A stretch of 61,801 nucleotides of DNA, the filler included. It is 7 parts of 7 records of this genome, joined end to end, with 100 filler letters (N's around TTAATTAATTAA, not from the genome) between each part and the next. Parts side by side here need not be neighbours in the genome. Positions count along the whole stretch, not along the records: positions 1 to 13,817 come from SRR31147125_1943; 6 more parts are not named here. One strand, given 5' to 3'. The notes under the pieces are model-generated. The model did no database searches. It was given only the letters and a program-made list of their open reading frames with translations, and was not told the origin of the DNA. Made by a program: the position numbers and the translations under genes. Numbering within the stretch: position 1 is the stretch's first letter; every line of letters starts with the position of its first letter. Shown piece by piece: positions 1 through 7,429 of this stretch.

Positions 1-113
1 CCCTGTGCCCTGTTAGGCTTATGTTTATTGGTAGCATATTTATTAGTTCGCCTCAATTCATTATAGTCATTAAATAATTCATAAACGAAACAATTTAACT
101 TCTTTAATTTCAT

Positions 114-1292
114 CTAATTGCTATTGTAACTTTCTCTTAGTTGATTGCTAATCGCATTAGCCATAGCTTCATCAATATTGAATATTTCTTTCAAATAAAC
201 CCCTTCAACAAAACTCTTATTATTATAATACATATCTGTTATTGATACTGATGGCTCTATTAATCCTTCTAAAGCATTCGCAAATTCATCGGCTGTACCA
301 GTCGCAGCTTGCCTTCCTTCCAATTGGACTTCTTTACTATATGAAGATATAAATACCATTTTACTTGAATTATCTAGCCCAATTACATCTCCTCCATCTG
401 TAGTCATAAGAGCCATTCCATGTATGATAGGGTAAACATATTCAATTTTATATTGCCTCTCATTTACCACTATTTGCGAAAAATCATAAAACACACCATT
501 ATGATTAACTTCAAGACCACCATCAAGAGAACTGCCCACAAATACTGTTATTGTTTGCCCTTTTTCTATATTAGGAAAAGGGAAATATTCTTCAGTATTT
601 ATACTACTCTCATTATTACTATTCACATTATTTTCATTCATATTATTTGAATCAGTTTTAAATGTGCTACTTTCAACATTTGCAGATGACTGTTCAGTGC
701 TATTTTGCATCTTAGAAATATTATTAAGTTTTTCTATAGAATCTACCGCCTTGTATATATACGTTATTCCTATAAATAAAACTATAATAAAAATTATTGC
801 AAAAATGCTAAATAAGATTTTAGGGAAACTTCTCTTTGCCTTATATTTATTTCTAAATCCAACTTTGGATTCTAAGAACTTCGAACAGAGCCTATTAACA
901 ACTGCATCAAAATAAGTTACATCAGCGATCAAACCATTAAACATCCTAATTGGTTCTATTTCATTTGGCATGGTTTTTGGAAATTCGAAGCCTCTCAGCA
1001 TTATAGGAATAATATTTTTATTATACTTCAATGCGTACACAATCTCTAACCTTACCCAGTCATCATCTTCATTACATCGATCTAGACCATTAGGAGGTAG
1101 AACTAAAATAAAGTCTTTACACATTTTAACTTTTTTATATAACTCAGTATTGAATGAACCCGATCTTAAAGTTTCTATGTCATAAAAAACTTTGTATCCC
1201 CTTGTGCTAAGCTCATCATATATTGCCTTAGCAGTCTGATCACCACCATTACGCCTGTAAGATATAAAAATATCATATTTACCATTTTTCAT
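114..1292 (-). CDS. TIR-domain (SARM1-like, TIR_2) membrane protein: TIR - TM helix - Ser/Asn-rich linker - unknown C-terminal domain
   Basis: YDIFISYRRNGG, VFYD, FILVLPPNGLDRC, DWVRLEIVYAL (catalytic Glu present), KNIIPIM; hydrophobic ILFSIFAIIFIIVLFIGITYIY. Start moved to ATG at 1292 (GGAG upstream). Confidence 0.9.
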   Translation of the reverse strand: MKNGKYDIFISYRRNGGDQTAKAIYDELSTRGYKVFYDIETLRSGSFNTELYKKVKMCKDFILVLPPNGLDRCNEDDDWVRLEIVYALKYNKNIIPIMLRGFEFPKTMPNEIEPIRMFNGLIADVTYFDAVVNRLCSKFLESKVGFRNKYKAKRSFPKILFSIFAIIFIIVLFIGITYIYKAVDSIEKLNNISKMQNSTEQSSANVESSTFKTDSNNMNENNVNSNNESSINTEEYFPFPNIEKGQTITVFVGSSLDGGLEVNHNGVFYDFSQIVVNERQYKIEYVYPIIHGMALMTTDGGDVIGLDNSSKMVFISSYSKEVQLEGRQAATGTADEFANALEGLIEPSVSITDMYYNNKSFVEGVYLKEIFNIDEAMANAISNQLRESYNSN

Positions 1293-1433
1293 TAGAAATT
1301 CTCCATTTCGATTTAGCTTAAAGCCCGCAGGGTAATATGTAATTTTGACCAACCAATTAGTCGCAAATTATAATTGCCCTTTCCATTAATTTCGGTACAG
1401 TACTAATCATTCAGCTTTTTAGCTGTTATAACT

Positions 1434-1707
1434 CTATTTAACCTCAAACCCCAAAGCAATTATAGCCTTAATTGTATCCATCGCAACGTTTCTATCATAC
1501 TCTTTCTCAATTTCAGGAAGTTCATGATACGGCACTAAACAAGGGTTATGTTTTTTCATCATCCCTCTCTTCACCATATGTCCAGCCTTCTGAAAAGCGC
1601 TTCTTCGCCCAAGTGTCATGAACATTCTCAGCCAGCTTTTCAACTAGGTTTTTTATGTCTTCTGAAAGCTCGATATGTGATATATCTAATGGTTGTGGGT
1701 TATACAT
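1434..1707 (-). CDS. Stand-alone RyR-domain protein (~90 aa), frameshifted at an A6 run
   Basis: Joining ORF 1546..1707 (MYNPQPLD...LAENVHDTWAKKRFSEGWTYGEERDDE) to ORF ending 1434 (KHNPCLVPYHELPEIEKEYDRNVAMDTIKAIIALGF) gives a complete RyR repeat. Break at T6 1551-1556; AGGAG before ATG 1707. Confidence 0.88.
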
Positions 1708-1756
1708 ATATACTCCTATCATTGTTTGTATTTGCATATTAATACAATAATACCAT

Positions 1757-2275
1757 TTATATACGCTTGGCGCCACAATTTGGACAGAATTTAAAACCAC
1801 CATCGATTTTAGTTCCACACTCTACGCAAAAAGTACTTTGCCCACTGTCAGAGCTTCTTTCACTTGAACTTGTAGTATGTGTGTATTTACTAATATTCTC
1901 TTCAACAACTGCCATAACCTCATCATCAAGGTTAGATTGTTGAACCAACCCCCATATTTGAGTTAGTACTACAGGCCAAGCCACAACCAAAGTAATTGCA
2001 CTCGGTAAAAGCTGTTTTCCAAAGATACCAACCTTTGCTTCAACTTTTGTTCCGTTGTTTACTTTAATGATCTCAACATTTAATGATGTTTGCATGCCAA
2101 GAACCTGTTTGAACATACCGCCCTTTTTGATGCTGACATTGTATCCACCATAAGGGGAAACTTCACTTACCACTTCATACTCCTGTGCAATAAAATGATT
2201 TTCTAAGTCGCTTACCAATCCACTATAATCGTTTAATTCTATATTAAAAAACTTAACCGTTGAAAAAGCGCTCAT
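1757..2275 (-). CDS. Membrane-associated protein with C-terminal double zinc ribbon
   Basis: Hydrophobic LLPSAITLVVAWPVVLTQIWGL; C-terminal FCVECG...FCPNCG; ATG 2275 abuts the upstream stop at 2277. Confidence 0.8.
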   Translation of the reverse strand: MSAFSTVKFFNIELNDYSGLVSDLENHFIAQEYEVVSEVSPYGGYNVSIKKGGMFKQVLGMQTSLNVEIIKVNNGTKVEAKVGIFGKQLLPSAITLVVAWPVVLTQIWGLVQQSNLDDEVMAVVEENISKYTHTTSSSERSSDSGQSTFCVECGTKIDGGFKFCPNCGAKRI

Positions 2276-2276
2276 A

Positions 2277-2549
2277 CTACAATCCCCTTTCAATATCATC
2301 CATTTGATTCTTATGATAAATTGCCTGTAACACACACAATTCAGAAATCAATTCGACAACTAAATCTTTTTCATCACTATCCAATTTTTGCTCTGCTTTT
2401 CGGAAAAGTTGCGCAACAAGCTTACCTTGCTCGTTAACTTCTTCAGCTGTTACCGTTCCGTCTTCAATGATTTTTTTGAAGCTCTTGCTTTCAAGCACAA
2501 GCTCGTCTATTCTCAAAATACCATTTTCATTAAAAAAGTTGTTTCTCAT
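2277..2549 (-). CDS. Small helical hypothetical protein (EDGTVTAEE motif, TerB-like or EF-hand-like)
   Basis: 90-aa ORF in operon context with AAAGGA upstream; family call tentative. Confidence 0.7.
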   Translation of the reverse strand: MRNNFFNENGILRIDELVLESKSFKKIIEDGTVTAEEVNEQGKLVAQLFRKAEQKLDSDEKDLVVELISELCVLQAIYHKNQMDDIERGL

Positions 2550-2651
2550 ATTTTTATTTAATCCTTTCGTTTACCTTAATCACAAAGCACAGATGAAACT
2601 GTACTAGCTCCACTGTTTTTATGCATTATTATTCAAGTTTCAAACTTTTTT

Positions 2652-3533
2652 CTATAATTTCACGCCACAACTGCGGCAAAACTTCCAATCTGCACTTATT
2701 TCACTTCTGCAATTATTGCACTTTGTACCACTATTCAATTTCTCTGTATTGATATTCTTATATTGCTCAGTATTACACCAAGCAAGTATCTCTCTGGCTC
2801 TTACAGCATTAAATGGATGACTGTTTTGTAGCCTTATATATAGCTGTAAAACTTTATCTTTAAAGTTATTAGTCCGCATATCAACATACGACTCTGCTTG
2901 TTTAATATACTCATCTATATCCACGCTTTCGGTAACAGATTTAGGACCACCCGCCAGTCTAATCATGGTTTCAACAACGCTTTTCGGTCCACCCATCACA
3001 ATAGAAGCCGCTCTGTCTGCTGAAAACTCGCTCATTCTGCTCCAAGCAAATATAGCAAGCTGTAGTGGAATAGCCACCGCTGACAGCGCCCCCAAAAATG
3101 ATGTTCCAAACTCCAAAATATATTTTGCCATCGTGTGATACAACACATGTCCGCATGCAATATGACCACATTCATGTGCAATAACAGCTTTTAACTCATC
3201 CTCTTCCATACATTCAATAAGCCCAGACGTAACTGTTATGTATACCCTTGTATCACCAAAAGTATATGCGTTTGGCATAGGATTCATCTCTAAGTAAAAC
3301 TCTGGTTCATCAATACCCAACTTTTCGCAAATCGGTGGCAAAAGGTTATAAATCTCTGGCAATTGCTTTTCCGAAAGCCTAATCTTCTGAGCCATATTCA
3401 GCCCATGAAAAAGCTGTTCATCAAAGAAATTCATAAATGCCTTTAGTGCCTGCGGAAAAAGCGGTATCGCTTTCATTGCATTTAGTGCTTCTCTGTCCTT
3501 CGGATGGACGTAATTTGGTGTTTTTCTTTGCAT
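2652..3533 (-). CDS. M48-family (HtpX/Ste24-like) zinc metallopeptidase with C-terminal zinc ribbon
   Basis: PNAYT, AVIAHECGH (HExxH), RMSEFSADR, SHP; C-terminal CNNC...CRSC. Confidence 0.9.
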   Translation of the reverse strand: MQRKTPNYVHPKDREALNAMKAIPLFPQALKAFMNFFDEQLFHGLNMAQKIRLSEKQLPEIYNLLPPICEKLGIDEPEFYLEMNPMPNAYTFGDTRVYITVTSGLIECMEEDELKAVIAHECGHIACGHVLYHTMAKYILEFGTSFLGALSAVAIPLQLAIFAWSRMSEFSADRAASIVMGGPKSVVETMIRLAGGPKSVTESVDIDEYIKQAESYVDMRTNNFKDKVLQLYIRLQNSHPFNAVRAREILAWCNTEQYKNINTEKLNSGTKCNNCRSEISADWKFCRSCGVKL

Positions 3534-3544
3534 AGAAAAGTCTC

Positions 3545-6500
3545 CTAATAAAAAATGTTCAAGCCACTATTTTGTCTTTCTTGCTCTGTCAAAACTCTTC
3601 CTTCGGTTACAGTATTAACATATTCATTCATTTCCCACATATTAGGGACCTCAAAAACGTTATCACACATTATTAATGTGCAATTTTCTGAGGATACCCA
3701 CCATCCATAATCGCCTAAATCTCGGAACACGCTATCATTTTCGTAAATAGAGAATAATTTTTCACCAGTAAAAAGGTTAAATATTTCGCCACCTGTACTA
3801 ACATCTAATCCGCTATAGGTTGATATGAACAATCTTTGCGTAGCAAAATCGACTTTGATACTTTCTATATTGGCACCTTTTAAATTAATGCTATTAATAT
3901 TTTTCACTTCTAAAGTATCAACATCGATATAAGAAACTTTTCCTTGATTATTAATAACAATTAAAGTTTTAAGATTATTAGATAGCTCAAATTTATCAAA
4001 GCAGACTGTATAAGGAATATCTTTTACCAAATTCCCAGACAATAGGTTGAATACTTTTATGCTATTTGTTGTTGATATGCTGATATGCTCATAATCATCT
4101 GTAACAGCTATATGTTGCAGTCTTCTATCTTCTTTGTTTATTAGCCTATCTATAAAATCTAATTCTTTTACTACTTTTCCAGTTTTTCTATCCCAAAGTT
4201 TATATTTAATTCCTTCATCTTTGCCATCAACTCCAATTAGCTTCTCCCCATCTTCACTGTAAAAATGATAATATCCAAATCCACTATCGTCAATTCTTAA
4301 TTCTATTTCTTCATATCCTTCAGTCTTACTATTCTTAGCTATCGTTTCTAGATACTGCATCCCTGGAATTGAGTTCATTGAGTAACTATAGTTACAGCCT
4401 TTATATTCAGGCAAGTCATACTTCTCTTCATTTCCAAAATTATTAACTATCAATTGATTGTCATCATTGCTATCAATTTCAAAAAAACTAGAAACTAAAC
4501 AAGGCTTAAGACTGTGAATTACTATTTCTCCATCCTTTGCAGCTGTCAGTATATATTTCGAAAGATTACTTACTGCTAGAGCACAAGGAGGGCGATCACT
4601 AATTTGCAAGTTATCAAACTTATATTTATTAAAGCTATTAATGGGGAAAATATCTGCACCTTGCTCATTTCCTCCACCATACAAGAAAATACACAAATCA
4701 GTGTTATCTATAGGAAGCCAGTAACAATCTGCATCATCTTGATACATCCAATCACCTGAAACAGGCTCTAATTTATATTTATCTATGTTAAAGTCACTCT
4801 CGCTTTTTATCTTTGGTAAAATATAATATACTGAATCTGACCATGCTAATATAAAAGTTTCTTCGCATTCATCAATAACCATATTACAATCCATAAAACT
4901 CAACCTAGTACTATTGAAATCAAACTCATAATATGCTAAATGATTATCATTTATATAATCATACACTCCAACACATGTTTTTTGTATATCCTCTGACCAA
5001 AAAGCTATATATAGTACTCCATCGATAGCAATATTATAGTTTAATAAGCCTTCACAAGTTATATAGTCAATACCATCCATGCTTTCATTTTTTCCTGAGT
5101 AAAATATATCTAATTGAACTTTCTTACAATCATATATAACAAATTCATTGTCATCTATTTGATATGTTGCATACCTACCATCTTTACTAGCTTTCATATT
5201 ATCATGCTGCGCATGTAATGGTTTATATCCCTTTTGATTCAGTTTATCTAGCTCGATAACAGCTGAATAATCCTTTGTAACAACATCATAAAAACCTTCT
5301 GCATTGCTTGCAAGGTCCTCATCAAAAGCTTCTCCAGTTATAAAGACATAGTTTCCCTCTTCATTATAAACTAGCTGTTTGATAAGATTTTTATATAAAT
5401 TGTAATCACTAATTAAATCTACGCCATATTTTGATTCATAGCTCATATCACCAATATCTTTTTGCTCCCAAACTAATTTTTCCAGCTCCATATTCCAAAC
5501 ATATACATCACCCAACCTCGTAGCAATTACAACTACTTTATCTGCAAAACAAATTTGTGAAGCTCCCATTGGTATTGAAAACTCTTGCAATACTTGACCA
5601 TTTTCACAACTTGCTATTATAATTTGCCCATCCACACTTCCAGCGGCAAACAAACTGTCTTCATTCGAAAAAGCTACTGCTGTTACTTCCGAACCACAAT
5701 TATATTTCCCTACTGCAGAAAACTTAGCGTAGCCAGTTGATTTTGCTAAAGCACCATCGTAAGATAGTAACAATTCATTAATACTTTCCAAATCCGTTGA
5801 AAGATAGTTGCCAACCTCACTTAATATTGCATTAGCCAGATATTTATCACCAGCATCTGCTAAATCACTTGCATAGCTTATGGTTCTAGCAAGCTGCTGT
5901 TCTTTTGTTTTTTCTATCTGATTATTTAACCTTATATTGCCCGATACAACGACAGCAAAAAAACAAATAAACACTAATATTGATGCAATGCTAGCTAAAA
6001 CAATAGTCCTTATCTTTCGCCTAACATGTCTTTTATAGAGGTCATCATATCCACATTCAAGCATTGGTGCTGCAATTCTTAAAAACTCTGTTCTAAGCTT
6101 TTTTAATGATATATTGATATTACCATCACTTGAAATATCTGCAGCTAATGGCTCTACTTCTTTGACCTGTACAGTTTCACCATCATATTTTTGCTTAATA
6201 TTCTTTACTTCTTCATATCTTAACTGTTTTGGAAAAACTTCTTTTGGATCACCATCAACCAGCAAGGTCAAAATATTATCAATACTTCCATTATGCAGCG
6301 ATTTAAAATAATCTATCTCTTCTAAGCACCATTTTGAATTATTCGTATCCTTTGAGCATATTACTATTAAATATTCTGATTCCCTTAACGCCTTTCTAAT
6401 ATCTTCCCCCAAATCGCCACTTGTTGGCAACTCGCTTTGATCTCTAAATATTCTTTTAATTCTCTTTTTAGCCAATTTATTAGAATTAGGTGGTCTATAC

Positions 6501-6598
6501 TTTTCTAATAAAATCTGTAGTTTTTCAGCAATTGCTTTATCTAGCGGTTTATGCCTATAACTAATAAACGCATCATATTTAAAATTTTTACCTTCCAT
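3545..6598 (-). CDS. TIR - TM - WD40-like beta-propeller protein
   Basis: KYDAFISYRH, IFRDQSELP, YLIVICS, SKWCLEEI (Glu present), EPLAAD; TM TIVLASIASILVFICFFAVVV; WD40-like blades (VTAVAFSNEDSLFAAGSVDGQI, IATRLGDVYVWNME, ILTAAKDGEIVIH). Start moved to ATG 6598 (GGAGG upstream). Confidence 0.88.
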   Translation of the reverse strand: MEGKNFKYDAFISYRHKPLDKAIAEKLQILLEKYRPPNSNKLAKKRIKRIFRDQSELPTSGDLGEDIRKALRESEYLIVICSKDTNNSKWCLEEIDYFKSLHNGSIDNILTLLVDGDPKEVFPKQLRYEEVKNIKQKYDGETVQVKEVEPLAADISSDGNINISLKKLRTEFLRIAAPMLECGYDDLYKRHVRRKIRTIVLASIASILVFICFFAVVVSGNIRLNNQIEKTKEQQLARTISYASDLADAGDKYLANAILSEVGNYLSTDLESINELLLSYDGALAKSTGYAKFSAVGKYNCGSEVTAVAFSNEDSLFAAGSVDGQIIIASCENGQVLQEFSIPMGASQICFADKVVVIATRLGDVYVWNMELEKLVWEQKDIGDMSYESKYGVDLISDYNLYKNLIKQLVYNEEGNYVFITGEAFDEDLASNAEGFYDVVTKDYSAVIELDKLNQKGYKPLHAQHDNMKASKDGRYATYQIDDNEFVIYDCKKVQLDIFYSGKNESMDGIDYITCEGLLNYNIAIDGVLYIAFWSEDIQKTCVGVYDYINDNHLAYYEFDFNSTRLSFMDCNMVIDECEETFILAWSDSVYYILPKIKSESDFNIDKYKLEPVSGDWMYQDDADCYWLPIDNTDLCIFLYGGGNEQGADIFPINSFNKYKFDNLQISDRPPCALAVSNLSKYILTAAKDGEIVIHSLKPCLVSSFFEIDSNDDNQLIVNNFGNEEKYDLPEYKGCNYSYSMNSIPGMQYLETIAKNSKTEGYEEIELRIDDSGFGYYHFYSEDGEKLIGVDGKDEGIKYKLWDRKTGKVVKELDFIDRLINKEDRRLQHIAVTDDYEHISISTTNSIKVFNLLSGNLVKDIPYTVCFDKFELSNNLKTLIVINNQGKVSYIDVDTLEVKNINSINLKGANIESIKVDFATQRLFISTYSGLDVSTGGEIFNLFTGEKLFSIYENDSVFRDLGDYGWWVSSENCTLIMCDNVFEVPNMWEMNEYVNTVTEGRVLTEQERQNSGLNIFY

Positions 6599-6699
6599 TT
6601 TCCTCCAAAAAAAACAGTAACCAAAAAAGCCCATAATTGACTTATAAATCGCCTTTGATTACTATTCTATAATTCCAAAACCATGATGTCTTTCCAATA

Positions 6700-6715
6700 A
6701 TGTAAATTATAACAT
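6700..6715 (-). promoter_or_regulatory. Extended -10 promoter element (TGnTATAAT) within a 16-bp motif repeated at 13147-13162
   Basis: Plus strand ATGTAAATTATAACAT = minus ATGTTATAATTTACAT, ~100 nt upstream of the TIR-WD40 start. Confidence 0.5.
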
Positions 6716-7048
6716 ATTATTGGTTTAATTTGTATAATTAATTGTTGATAATTGTCAAATTTCCAACATGTTATTCTATTAGCTTTTATACTAGTAAAGT
6801 ACTTTCTCCATGTACAAAATAAACAACACTATTACAATCTCCAAACCGTAATAATATTGTTTAATCCACCCAAATCAAGCCACAGCCTCATCCCTTAAAG
6901 CCGCCTAACATTCTATCTAACAAGTGCAACTTTCATAAACGAGAACGCCTTGCCAGGTACGACACTTATTTCGTTTATGGTATGCAATATCTAGCATATC
7001 TTGCACAAAACAACGTAAGTATGTTCTTATTTCAGCGTGGACAACCAC

Positions 7049-7093
7049 CTACAAACCAAAGGGTCGGGGGTTCGTACCCCTCCGGATACGCCA
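7049..7093 (+). pseudogene. Degenerate 3' half of a tRNA (probably Arg-ACG); candidate attR scar
   Basis: CTACAAACCAAAGGGTCGGGGGTTCGTACCCCTCCGGATACGCCA: anticodon-loop-like CTAC(A)AA, GGTC variable loop, T-arm GGGGG-TTCGTAC-CCCTC, acceptor 3' strand, discriminator G, CCA. The matching 5' strand (GTATCCG) and D-arm are absent upstream. Confidence 0.75.
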
Positions 7094-7121
7094 AATAACC
7101 ACAATATATTGTGGTTATTTT
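7093..7121 (+). terminator. Intrinsic terminator-like hairpin directly after the tRNA remnant
   Basis: Perfect 28-bp palindrome AAATAACCACAATA-TATTGTGGTTATTT (7093-7120) followed by T-rich sequence. Confidence 0.65.
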
Positions 7122-7429
7122 ATTATACAAGTCTGTATATAGAATTTAATTCCCCGCAGACTAAAACATCATTGTTCGAATCCCCTATTTCTTATATTGT
7201 ACTTTTCAAAAAAAGCAATGAAACAACACTATTTGCACTAAATCCACTTCTTTATATGTTTTCTAATTAACATCACTCTGTCAAAATTGTAGTAATTTGT
7301 ATTCATAAAGCGTCTTTTAAGAAATATTAAGTTAATTAACTTAATGCAAATTTTATTTTGTCATTGACATGCAGTTTTGCTACGAGTGTGGAACCTGAAT
7401 TTTACTTTAATTTGCTATTTTGTGAGAAA

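Noticed and set aside
1-20. GTTAGGC at 12-18, and GCCTAAC/ATCTAAC near 6903-6921, as integron attC cores
   Set aside because: No paired core and inverse core at a plausible distance, no repeats between genes, and no integron integrase.
1-113. Open minus-strand frame starting at ATG 113, directly after the TIR stop (MKLKKLNCFVYE...)
   Set aside because: Only 37 codons before the contig end, with no recognisable motif; cannot be supported.
7049-7093. Functional tRNA gene
   Set aside because: The 5' acceptor strand and D-arm are missing, and the T-loop and anticodon loop are altered.
7174-7185. Second T-loop-like GTTCGAATCCCC
   Set aside because: The flanks do not form a T-stem and no acceptor strand or CCA follows.
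7037-7270. 77-aa plus-strand ORF
   Set aside because: It is a translation through the tRNA remnant and its terminator.
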